A model generated the notes under the pieces. The model made no database searches, had not been told where the DNA came from, and worked only from the letters and a program-made list of their open reading frames with translations. 64,000 bases of DNA, taken from Takakia lepidozioides. Taxonomy: Eukaryota > Plantae > Bryophyta. Shown piece by piece: positions 23,006-34,994 of this stretch. The stretch is from contig CM060731.1 in assembly GCA_030704615.1 (NCBI GenBank), positions 620,001-684,000 on the forward strand, written 5' to 3'. The stretch's first letter is position 1, and every line of letters starts with the position of its first letter. Made by a program: the position numbers and the translations under genes.

Positions 23006-25161
23006 TGCCGCAGCTCATGCTTCTCCTTCTGATCAGCTTCTAACCAACTTCTGATCGACCAACTTTGCCTCATAATTTGCCCCAGATCAGTTCAAATCTG
23101 CTGATTGCACATATCCCTGTACATTCTTTAACACGTATTAATTAAGTGGCTCCTTAATAGTGTCACCGCAATGCAAGCAGGCTGAGACTCAAGGAAGCCA
23201 AGTTCACCATACCTTCCAGTACCTTCAGCAATCTGACCTCTGACAGTATATAGGTCCCTCTCCAACCTTTCAAAGTGAGCCAGATAGCTATTTTCTGTTT
23301 CAATATGTCGAATCACATATGCATGCTATGACTCCATCCGCCATTACTCGGTGGCATCTCCATACCCGCGACTACCCCATCTTTCTTCTTTCGGCAACTT
23401 GTTAGTTCATCACTCAACAGTATCGGTGTCAGACACCAAGTGTGAAGTGGCTGTCTATGCACAGAGTGTTTGCCACAAACTAGCCGCTACAGCCCATTGG
23501 CGTCGCGTTGGCTATGATCTGGAGAGCAGTGTTCAATTGTGATGGTCGAGTTATTAGCTGGGTAAGGAACCATTCGATTGGAATTAAGGCTGACCTGTCC
23601 AACTGGGATTCCATCCACTATAATAATAGTAAAAGTCTACTCATGAGCCGCTGATCATGCACATGGCTGCTAGCATCAGACCCACAACCACCATGGCCAC
23701 ACTCTGGTTGCCTTGATCTCTCCCATCGTCCACGTAATCGAACTCCTTCACCTTCACACCACTAGACTCAACACCGCTCAACATCTGTGCCCGTGAATAC
23801 AATAGAGATGCGAAAGAGACCGCAGATCAGAATGAGTATATTACCAAGTCACAATCTGGCCCATATTTACAAGCTTTCTTTTCCAGGCAACCTAGCGACG
23901 CGTTACTGGTTATTTTCCAGCCCCAGTAATCCTTGCGATGCAGCTCTGGCATACTAGCAACGAAGCAGATGTTGTGAACTAGGTGTATACTACAAGAAAA
24001 CCATCCAGGCAGCTCCGCACATATGCTCAAGTGTGAAGAAACTCTATTGTAGAACTTGTCATACTCGAACCCAGTGATGGTGTTATAACAGCCGAAAGCA
24101 TGCAAGGAAAAATCGGCAACCACGAAAAATCAACCCGAGCACAGAAAAGGAGGGACTTCGGGAGCGTTTGAGCTTCAACTTCAGGACTCCATTAAAAACA
24201 AGCCCTATCCACAGCACACCTGAGTGGCATGCTCGACGTACTATTCAGCCAACAGTACCGTGTTTATTCTTCTGAAATGATCCGCTCACATTTCGATGTG
24301 CCACACTTGCATCCTCTCGGCGTTCTTGCCCCTGTCATGCTAACCCATAAAGCAACGGCAACAGCTGCTTCTCACAAGGCCTTTAACCAAAACCATAACC
24401 CGGAGCACTTTTCCGATCGTTCTGCTTCCCAGAAACCTCACTCAATACAGATTAATTACCTGATTTGCAGCTCCATGGTTAGAGCATATGTCTGTGGTTT
24501 CCATTCACAAACCAGTCGTGCCAACGACGGCCAGACACACAGTTGGCAGCTGAAGTCAGCCTTATGATGGCAACAACGATGACAAAGCTGATAAGCAGTA
24601 GAAGGCTTCACAACGTTTTCTAAACATCGCTTAAGTGGCCAAACTTGACATCTTTCTAACTGAAGATTACCTGAACACTAATAATCATTTCTTTGTCTCC
24701 TGTTTGTCACAAACATAATCTATAGACCATAATTTTCTTCTCTCACTTTCAAAACAAAAACCACATGTGCTAAAACTAAACTCACATTGGTACTCACATA
24801 TGCAAGCTAACATCTCTCTCGAGTGATATGAAAACTAAACTCACACTGTTTGATGGTACAAAAACATGAAATACAACACAATCACTCGTTAAAATAAGAG
24901 TCGAGCCATGGACACCCCCAGCTATGGGGACTCCACCCCACAATATCCTACTCTCCCTCCATAAGTACACTCAGATGTTAAGCAGCGAGGGAGCTCGGTC
25001 ATGCAGGCTCAACTCGAGAGAGATGAGCCGCACGATTGACGAGCTCATCAAGTGTCAAGCTAAATTTGACACCTGACAACACTTGAACTAATTCCAAGTG
25101 TTAAATACAAATAACTAGATTTATTCTAGTTAGTTTCACACTGTGTTTATTTAACTTGACA
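23006..25161 (-). mobile_element. 5' part of a diverged relative of the DNMT element (LTR 24824-25161, self-complementary PBS 24811-24824); left boundary uncertain
   Basis: LTR homologous to 15909-16263 with the same termini; abuts the gag fragment of a third relative. Confidence 0.65.
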
Positions 25162-25945
25162 ACACCATAAAAGGCGTAAACAGTTGTGGATTGCGCATCT
25201 ACTGCAAATCACACCAACTATCAAACTCTTGTATTAAATCATCAAGCTCGATGGTGCCCACAACTCCAGAGTACCGACGTGGCCCCTTGGTAGCTCCATA
25301 CATTTCCTCCATAGTGTCCCATAACAATGGCAAGGAAATAGCTTGCACATGTGGCGTGGATCTGAATCAGAACCCTCCTCAGAAGATACAGAAGGTGAAG
25401 GTGGCCTAAACCGCACACCTCGTCTCGTGTACCCACTAGTATCGCTAGTGCTCATACCGATACTTCCCTCAGCAACTAGTAGCACCTCTGTGATAAAAAC
25501 TCACAACCACACATGTTGTAAACCTGTCTCTAATACCCATTTCCACGAGGTAACCGGGTAGAGAACTTGTTGCAGCTAATGGCTTAGACTACTAGGTTCA
25601 TAACATAAACCTGCACCTGCATCCACCGCAAGCACTCCTATGGTCTGCTGGTCATTAACCCAGCCTCACCATAAGATAAACAATGATGGTATGACTGGTC
25701 ATCACCCCAGCCTCACCACCGACGGCACGCTCTAGGATTGGCCGGTGATCAAATCCGGACCAACCTCCTATGAAAACAAGCGCCCACACAAAATTGACAT
25801 GGCGCACAGTCAAGCATGCAGGTGTAGAGAGGATCCAAACACAAGAAAATCAAAATAGTAACTCCCCCACACCAAAAGCACTCCACATTTTCGCTCCTGC
25901 AAGATACCCCAGCCCAAACCCGGACTGACTCTTGCCTCCACCTAC
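25162..25945 (-). mobile_element. Fragment of a third relative: gag N-terminus and conserved leader
   Basis: GYTRRGVRFRPPSP and GTIELDD homologous to 11650-11950; non-coding block similar to 12105-12440. Confidence 0.8.
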
Positions 25946-28574
25946 AGAAAGGTTTTGGCCTACAGAGAGGGTGGAAGATTACAAGGAAGAGAGACTAAAG
26001 CAAATCCTATCACAGCAATATGCTCTCATCCCACTACCATATCTCCACACTCTTTTGCTTAAGCAATAGACAAGACCTTTCAAGGATCTCTCAAATAACT
26101 CTCTAAGAGCCCTCAAGATGTCCCTCGAACAATCTCACTAAGGCTCCCAAAGCTTAATCCAAACAATACACCAAGGCCCCAAGAGCTTGCCAAATCTCGG
26201 CCCTGAAGGACCCCAAATAGTCCTTCAACAAGTCGCCAAAGACTCCTCAAACTCGCCAAATATTGGCCTCCAAGGACCCCAAATAGTTCTCCAAACAGTC
26301 ATCCAAATACCCTTTCAAGAGCTCCTCAGAGTGTCGTCCAAAAGCTCCTCAAAGGACCCCAAAGATCCTCTAAACAATCCTCCAAAAGGCCTATATTGTC
26401 TTTATATGTCACTATGTTTCAGGCCTATAGTGATCGTTCCCACACTTTGGTGACCGTTCCCATGAACCTAGGGTTTCATGTGCATCTCATGCTAGGGTTT
26501 GTGCTTCCTTGAGCTTCATGCTTGCTCTCCTCAAGCATCCATGACTTCTATGAGATACCAAGGCAAACTACCTTGATCTTCTTCACCTCAAGCCACAACC
26601 AAGCTTGGTTCCATCTCACCTAGCAATGCATTTGCCGCACAACAAGCTTCACTTCTCTTTGGAGCTCAAGAATCAAGCTTTTTACCTCATTTGATAAGCA
26701 ACCAAGTCTTGCACTCATTCATGTGCTTTTCTTTGGCCATCCACATACATGCTCTACTCGTGGCTTCTATGTGTTGTTTCACCAAGCATCAATACATCTC
26801 CATCTCATGCAAAAAGGAAGATTCAAGTCCCTTCACTTGCTAGCTCAAGAGCCGTGCTCTCCTCAAGCTTAAGGTTGAAACCCCAACTCAAACATATGCT
26901 CTATAAGTGTTTTTCCTTCACCTAAGTGGAAACCAACCATTTTCCTTCTTTCTTGCTCTCCAAGGCTTGAAAATAGAAGCCTCAATGGGCTGAAAACATG
27001 CTCCATATAAGCATCACCTCATACACAAAGGAATGAACTTGTCCCCTTCACCTTCTAGCTCTCCTCAAGCTTGAAGTTGGAAGCCGCATTTGGAAAGCAT
27101 GCTCCACACATGTGCCACTTGCTTGGTCAACCACTTGCTTCACCAAGAGCAATCCAAGAACTCATAACACTATCAAAAGCACTCTCTTCTAACGCCTTAG
27201 CTTGCTTGTTTGTCAACCAAATGAAACCCCACTTGGCTTCATTTCACCATGGATAAAACAACCACTAGTTCTTAGCTTCTCTTGAGCTATTCAATGTTCA
27301 TCAAGCTACCTTTGTTGTACTCTTTCTATGGTGTCTCCAACCTAAGCATGTGCCGCTCTTTGGTTTCTCTTTCACACCATGAACAACTAGAGTTTGATCT
27401 TGAAACCCTAGTGTCTATCTTCTCCACACACAAGACGCTTCTCTTGTGATGCAAGAGCTCTTCTCCAAGCTCTCAAACCCTTAGTGCACATGCAAGCCCT
27501 CCTTCTTGCAAAACCATGCAAACTTTGTGATATGAGAGCTCCACCTCTATAGAATAAAGTAATGCTTCTCAAACCCTAACATCCATGTTCTCTACACCAC
27601 AAGGATTTTCCTTTGCAACACCTGCAACACCTTGCAACTCAAGAGCTCTCTACCAAGCTCTTTTCAACACACAAGTGCTAAGCTAATCCTTACGCACTCA
27701 CAAACATAAGGTGATCTTCTTCTAGTGAAAAGAGTTGAGAAATGAGAGAAGTGAAAGACCATCAAACCACTCTCAAACATGAAAGAAAACACACTAAGAC
27801 CACACCCTAGTCTTTCAAGTGTGAATCCACTCCATCACTCATATATAAGTCAAGCCAAGGGCGCCTTTGCTAAAGGAATCCACCCTACTAACCCTCACAC
27901 ACTCTCTCTCTCGAGCCCAGACTATGGAGGCTCAACTAGAAGAAGATGAGCCTTCCCAAGCTTCACGTGGAGATAACCCACTCCACAACCCAAGTGAGAT
28001 TAGTCATCTCACTTGGCACATGGAACCTAATGAAGTCCCAATGCACAAAATACAAATATAAATATTCAAAATATCCTAGTTAACTAGAAGTGGGTAATTC
28101 TAGTTAATCATGACTAAAACCATGACATCCCAAACAACGGCCCCAACGCTAGTGCTTGGTATGGTTGGAAAGGCCTCAACGAGGAGGGATGCACGGACGT
28201 GGTCTCACGATTTTTGGACTTGTGGTGTGGGAGATGTGGAATTCCAAGTACTTTTGGTCGCAGGAAATTCACAAAAAATAGTTATGGTAACTAGTAAGTG
28301 AGTAAGTAGTAAGTGAGAGGGAAAGAGAGCCCCGACTCTCTTTATGTACCCTCACAGGGGCGGTGGGACCTTCTAGAATCCCGCCCAGCCCTCGGCACTG
28401 GGACCCTTCTAGAAGGTTGCCTGCCCACGTGCACTTCTCCAAGCCTACGGCTGCTGGGTGTCACTGCTGCACCATCCATGTATTAATGTCCATGTATTAA
28501 TGTCCCCTGACATAGGGTGTGCAGTTTTCAGGCCCTTTCTAAGCCCTCTTCCCGTTCCTGTGGGCCCTAGTTGA

Positions 28575-29705
28575 CCCTTAAGTGCCCAAGCGACCCATTC
28601 TGGGTGGGTTGGGTTTGCTTAACCAACCATAACTTCATGTGGTTAAGGCTGATTGGGCCTTTTTTGGGCTCAATCAATAGAAAATCGGGTCCCCCTTCAT
28701 ATGGCATTGGCCAATTGGTCAATGCCTGAAGGGGTATGGGTCTGGACCAATTGGAAGGGGGCACACTCAGCTTTTGAGGCCAAATTGGCCCCCCTAACCT
28801 GCCCAAGTTGCTGACATGGCAACTGCGGTCAGGTTAGGGCGGCACGCTCCCCCAAACCCCTTGATTGCCCAGCTGGGGCATGCCGCCCGGCGCAGGTCTG
28901 GGCATTCCCAGGCCTGGGCACTAGCCTGAATCGACAGCGATGGCAGCTCCGGCCAACGCCACATAGGGCGGGTTGGAGGGAGTGCAGCCGCGATGGCGGC
29001 AGAGCTCGGGGCTCGAGAAAAATGCCATAAGGGATGGGCCAAACCTAGGGCGGGGGTTTGAGAGGGTTGAGAGTGGAGTGGGCCAAATATCCTAGGCCTG
29101 CAGGCTATAACCTAGGTGTGCCATTTGAAGTCTTGGGCAAGGAACCTAAAGATGTGAGGGAAATCCGATTGGTCCCAAACTTTTTTTGGGATCTCATATG
29201 GATGTTCATGACACTTCAACCGGAGGGATTAGGAATTGAACGGCTGAATTTGTTTGTATAATCTTAGGAAGAGATATTTTGGCCTGCCCAAAGAAAATGG
29301 CATATTTTGACCCCCCAATTTGTCACTACAAAGGAGCCCACTTGAGAGCATTTCAGAAAAAACTGAAAAAATATGAGGATGTGTGTTATCAGGTATGGTA
29401 CAACATTCTTGAGACTCTCAAAAAAAAAGAAATTAAAACTGCCCAAATACGAGAAAAAAACTGCTTTTTTTGGCACCTATTTCTTAGTGAAGAGTTTTTT
29501 TTGTCCCCACTCTACACTTTATAATCTTCTGATCTGGTAGTTGGAATTTGATGAAACTTTTTTGTGGCAGGAGGTGGGGTAGGTGGGAAGTAATTCCAAC
29601 GGTCAGTTTTACAGGGACACAAAGATTTTCCAGATAAAAATGTTTTTGTGGGCCAGGGTCATGTTTTTCCACGAGAGGGTGAAAATGAGTCTGGGCACTT
29701 AAGGG
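28575..29705. mobile_element. piggyBac-like MITE 2
   Basis: 14-bp TIR CCCTTAAGTGCCCA; flanks TTGA (28571-28574) and TTAA (29706-29709). Confidence 0.75.
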
Positions 29706-30364
29706 TTAATTCCTGGACCACTCTCTAATCCCCACACCCCCTTTCAAACCTCGCCCCCTTATTGACGTCATTACACATTAGTCCGAAAGTTGAAAGGCTC
29801 CCGCATTTGAGGGCTCCTCCAGGCTCCTACATTTGGATCTCAACTGAGTGCAAAAGTTGTTAAATTAGAGGACCATTTCTTCGTTAATTTGAAAGCCAAC
29901 AACGCACATGACTGTAGCTACTGCCCTTGGTCAATGACACGAACATAGGTCAAGAGCAAGCTGGGAACAACCGCTCGGGCGTGACAGTGCCTATGTGTGC
30001 ATAAATCAAAAATATATTCATTGTGCTTGAAAGAGTTTATAATTTCTCTTATGCTCATGGAGAGAGAGACCCCTCGATAGTTGAATCTGTCATAACATCG
30101 GTAGAAGAAGGGTGTGCGCAAGTCGTTTACAAATTATATTTTGCACTAAATATCTCAGATTACCGAGGGGGAGCCACCACCACCCGCAGCACAAGACCCG
30201 TTAGATGTTGCAGGAGTATATGTGTACTATTGCCAGTTTAGTGGCTCCCCACCGACTCGTACTAGAACAATGTTTACTCTCGCAGATGTTGTTAACACAT
30301 GAAGAAGAAATTGGGAATGAAGTACATAATACCCAGAATTCTCCTCTGTTTGGCCAAGGTAAGC

Positions 30365-31192
30365 TTAAGAGCAAAATAAGCGAGAAAAGAGATGCGTGTG
30401 AGCGCCTTGCAGAGTGTCAAGCAGAGGCGATGTTTGATGAGCATCCGCCAGCTCTCTGTTCGCGTACTTTGCGAGCACTGCCTCAGCATGCTTGGCATGG
30501 CGGTGCAGCAATAAGGCTGCCTCCATAGGGCCAATCAGGTTCAATCTAGTGGCAGCAGACAATCCGTCCCGCAGATTCACGAACAAGAAGGCTCGCTGGG
30601 AAGTGATTGGATCCATTCCCAGGATCCCGAAAATATACCCAAACACTGTGGCGTGATGCCCATAGGCCCTTGCAGGCGTGCCCTTCGTGGATGCCCGGAT
30701 CTTTAACACCTCTTGAACCACTTCTTGAAACACAGTGCCTGCTAATCGTAGGAGGGCTTTTCCTTGGCCCAGGGATGCACATCTCACCACATGATTTGTA
30801 AGGACTGCGTGTAACGTGCAATCTAGTTTAATCCAGGGTTCTGTGCTCTGCAACCGGCTTGCAGCGTACACAAACGGTAGCAACAATGCCCCTGCATTTT
30901 CCACAGAAGTAAGGGCAAACTTCTCTACCGTGGTGGCATCAAACACCAACCCTGCCTGCGTTGCTGCTTCCAGACCATTAGAATGAGCAAAACCTCCAGT
31001 GGGAAAGACCGAGTCTATCAACTGCCAAGTACTCCAGTTCAACAAACCGACTTGAATGTTCGTCAGATTGCCCGCCGTCTTTAGCACGTCCCGCGATTGT
31101 GAAGTATCTTCTGCATCCTCACTTTGTACTACAGTCTCTCCAGCCCTCTCTGCCACAAACCCAACTCCACAATGCGTTGTGACACTCTCCAT
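30365..31192 (-). CDS. ureF: Urease accessory protein F
   Basis: WQLIDSVFPTGGFAHSNGLE, SAATRLNLIGP, C-terminal FSRLFCS; CDS without introns; first ATG at 31192. Confidence 0.95.
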   Translation of the reverse strand: MESVTTHCGVGFVAERAGETVVQSEDAEDTSQSRDVLKTAGNLTNIQVGLLNWSTWQLIDSVFPTGGFAHSNGLEAATQAGLVFDATTVEKFALTSVENAGALLLPFVYAASRLQSTEPWIKLDCTLHAVLTNHVVRCASLGQGKALLRLAGTVFQEVVQEVLKIRASTKGTPARAYGHHATVFGYIFGILGMDPITSQRAFLFVNLRDGLSAATRLNLIGPMEAALLLHRHAKHAEAVLAKYANRELADAHQTSPLLDTLQGAHTHLFSRLFCS

Positions 31193-31856
31193 GATAATAA
31201 CTCCTCTCGGGTGAGAAAAATTTGTGGGTAGTGAGCAGGCTGGCGGATCGAAGATCACATTGCTTGTCCCTTCCTTATCAATCCATCACTCTAGCACAGA
31301 AGAAAAACCTGGCTGGGTGTGCTAGTTTGGAATAGCATCTTTATGGCTGCTGATAAGTATAAGCGCTACATGGGCCCTATCTAAAACCGACGAAATCTTC
31401 CAAAATCCGACTTTTACAAAACCCGACTCGACTCGTAAAATATAGAAACCCCACAACACTAATTGGAACCCGTGGGGGTTTTGACAGCACTGTTCGAAGC
31501 GGTGGGACCGGTGCTGGGAGAGGATGGCGCTTACCAAATTACACTTCTCGGTGATGAATCTGCCTTCAACGGAGACCATGGGCTACTCGAAGGACGTTGC
31601 TGCCCGCTCTCTCGACCTTCAGGGTCGGTCGGTAGCTTGCGCGGGATTGCATATGAGGGTTATTCTTTGCTAGGATTACAGTGGGCCAGGAGAAGGTTAG
31701 TCGATAGGGAACAGAGTACGGCCACCTTCTGCTGCATCAATATGCAAGTTACTCTTGTCTAGAGTTACAGTGGGCGATCGAAGGAGGCAGTACTTTAAGT
31801 GCTCTAGAAATTCCGATTTACACTCATCCGACGTTCCTGGACGAAAAGAAGACGCA

Positions 31857-33658
31857 ATGGTGCTAGCACATGCTGACAGTAAGGACTTCAAATATGAAGT
31901 AAAGGTCATGAATTTCATAAATTTTAAACGTGAGACAGTGTCAGCGACTCAGATGAGTGGGCGATTTGTGGTCTCAGCCGAATCATCCCAGGTGGGTCAA
32001 TGGCGCCGTGCAAATGTTTCTTGGTTAGGTCTTACTCATCCAGGACGAAGCCTAACCTACACATTTCTTCCTTCTATTGTTGGTAGAAGCTGGGAAGATG
32101 CGGCCGGACGAGTGACTGACTTTGAGTATTGACCCCACAGCCAAGGGGCTCTACTAGATGAAGAATTTGCTTTCTGGCGGGAGCAGGATGGAAATTTTGG
32201 GTAGGTCACAATGACAAAGAGCATGATTGTCAACTCGATTGTGTACGGTAGACCTTCTGAATGCAACCACTTCTGATTCCGTAGGATTATGGTCTTTCTC
32301 TGGAGCTCCAGAATGAAGCCCAACCTCTCTGCAGACAACGTTTTTTTTACTCAATTCATTGTGTTTCCGCAACACTACACCTTATGTTAGTTCTCAGTTT
32401 TCATGCTGATCTTCTTAAGCTGGAAACGTCACTGAGTAGTATGCTTTTTCTGTGTTTTTTGTGGAGAAGAGAGGTGGGTTGGCACAGGATATGGTAGGCA
32501 AGGTGGATGCTTCGTGGCGCATAACTGGGATACTGTCATGCTGCCAAAGTTAAAGCATTCACTTTCACATAGGCTTACCTTTGCAGTTTGAGATTCCTTG
32601 ATGAAATGATGCTTCTCACTTACAGGGCTGTCTGCATCTGTGAAATATCACATTGTCAGAGGGTTTTGAAATTTTATTGGGTCCCTCAGTAGTTTCAGTG
32701 TCAGAACGCCTGCTATTACTTGCAATCAAGTCTAGCCTCCACAACATGTATGCTCTTGTGAAATTTGTGTGGTTCTCCCTTATTGGCATGTGGTGTTGCA
32801 AATGCAGCCATTCGGAGTCTTACATGGGGGCATTACGGCGTTGCTAGCTGAGGATTTGGCTAGCATGGGAGCTGTTCTGGCTGCAGGGGGACGAAGAGTA
32901 GCAGGCATAGAAATAAATGTCAACCACTTGCGAGCTGTGCCTATCGGGAATGAGGTCATCGTCAAGGCAGAACCTCTCATGGTGGGGAAAAGGGTTCAGG
33001 TACTCAAGTCAAACATGGTCTGGCTAGTGGCTGAAGGAGCCAGTCTTTCCATGAAAGATTGCCTGGATTGTCATGCACATGGATGCTTTCTGTATGTACT
33101 AGCCATGATTTCATGCAAGAGAAGAGATTGATATGATGTCTGTGGATGTTAAAGAAAATGACATTTTCCTGTATATTGTCAACTGAGATGAATTAGAGAT
33201 AGTGCCAGAGCGCTGGAAGGGTCTAGAGACGGCTGTAAAAATGTCCCAACCTTAGTCAACCTCAAGTTCAGATTTCAGGGTTTGTATCATAACTCAGATT
33301 CTCTTCTCACTGATGAGAGGTATTAGCTTGTGTATTCCTTCTTGGTCATGTAATGGCTGTTCACCATGGAAGTCCACAAAACTTGAGTTGAGAGATTTAC
33401 ACCTGAGTCTCTCTAGCCATATATCTATTTATTGAAACTATTTGAACTCTTTTGCTTGTGAGAGTGGTCCTCATATGATCTTGTTTTATTCAGGTCTGGG
33501 AAGTAAAGTTCTCAACAAGTTTGAAGCAAGATGGGGACTCTGGAAAATCATCCGAATCTGTTACCACGGCGGTTTCACGTGTCACTGTTATAGTGCTGCC
33601 GATTTCGGAGAAAGTCAAAAATGAAAAGAAGGAATACATAGGACTGTCTAAATTGTAG
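31857..33658 (+). CDS. Peroxisomal hotdog-fold thioesterase (DHNA-CoA thioesterase-like); exons 31857-31991, 32808-32999, 33494-33658; 163 aa
   Basis: QPFGVLHGGITALLAE, NVNHLR, QVWEVK; GT-AG phase-0 introns; C-terminal SKL (PTS1). Confidence 0.9.
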
Positions 33659-34499
33659 GATTCACAAGAGATGTGTGTCAATGGGGGTATATTGAATATA
33701 TATATATATATATATATACCCTTGTGCAAGTTTAGGTACTTGGATGTATACCCTTATATTAGGGTATATTTTTATGATATATTATATTTACCCTGCATCA
33801 AGACGGCCAATATACCCTACTTTTCTAAAGGGTATATGTTAAAATGAAGGGTATATCTAAGCAGGGTATATAAGGGTTAGGGTGACAGCTTCACCTTGAC
33901 ATTTAGGGCGGAGGTACTTTTGGGGAATCACACCCATCTAGCGAAATCTAGTAGGGATTTTTTTTGGGACATACAATTAGTGCCGGACAACCTTTATGTG
34001 CTAAGGTCTTCTCTCTTTTCGTTGTGTTGTTAGAGAGCCTTGAGCTGTAAGAAAGCTCCAATCATAGTTAAGAAAATGGTACATATCCATCATTCCTAAA
34101 ATGTCATATAACCCAAATAAACCTTCTTCAGATCTTATATATATGTTTTAGAGAATATTTTTTGAATCTCAAACCTCCTTCCTGTTGCATTGGAAATTAA
34201 AACCAAAATCTTATGCAATATCTCATCAATTTTCTCTTTGATGATAGATTGTTTCTTTTGTTCACTGCACATATATGGGATTTTGTACTTGGGCTTAGAT
34301 GACAATGGACACTTGGGCCACATGCTACCCTAGAGGTCGCACTTGGGCCTCGACATAGGACATAGGAGACCCACTTGGATACATAGGAGGTTGCTAGATG
34401 ACACTGGACACTTGGGCCAACGGCACAAGCCGCCCTAGTATTGATATGAAGCAAGGTAGTTTGTCTGTTTCGTTTTGCTTTGTTTTGTAGCGTTGAGAT

Positions 34500-34640
34500 G
34501 TCCCAAATCACGCCGGCCCAGCCCGGGTGTTTGGAAAGCCCTCGATGAGAAGGAGTGCACCAACTTGGTCTCATGATTTTTGGACCTACGGTGTGAGAGA
34601 TGTTGAATTTCAAATACTTTTGGTCGGTGGAAATTGGGGA
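34500..34640 (+). repeat. Dispersed repeat; second diverged copy at ~28125-28270
   Basis: Shared TTGGAAAG.CCTC..GAG..GG..TGCAC..TGGTCTCA.GATTTTTGGAC..GGTGTG.GAGATGT.GAATT.CAA.TACTTTTGGTCG. Confidence 0.65.
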
Positions 34641-34994
34641 AAAATAACAACGTGGGCTTTCTTTGAGAAATGATTGGAGCCTCGACAGGAAATATATCAA
34701 TAATGATTGGATATATTACTACTCAATAAATTCATGAAAAAAACAATTGGGCCTTCACATGGGATACGTACTTGGATACATAGGAGATTGCATACTGGGC
34801 CTCGACATGGGAGACGCCCTTGGATACATATGAGATTGCACATGGGCTTAAATGACACTGGACACTTGGGCCTCTACGCAAGAGATGCACTTGGATACAT
34901 AAATAGAAGATTGCGCGTGGGCTTAGATGGGCCTTGACATAGGAGACTCACTTGGATACATAGGAAATTGCTAGACTCAATTCTTCACACATGG

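Noticed and set aside
26050-28100. Coding potential in the C/A-skewed region
   Set aside because: Only short low-complexity ORFs; probably degraded TE sequence whose boundaries I could not fix.
33680-33885. TATACCC/GGGTATA cluster pairing with the TTTACCC cluster at ~44440-44580 as ends of one large element
   Set aside because: No convincing TIR match or TSD by eye.
34285-34994. CRISPR-like array
   Set aside because: Degenerate tandem units without unique spacers; eukaryotic context; no cas genes.
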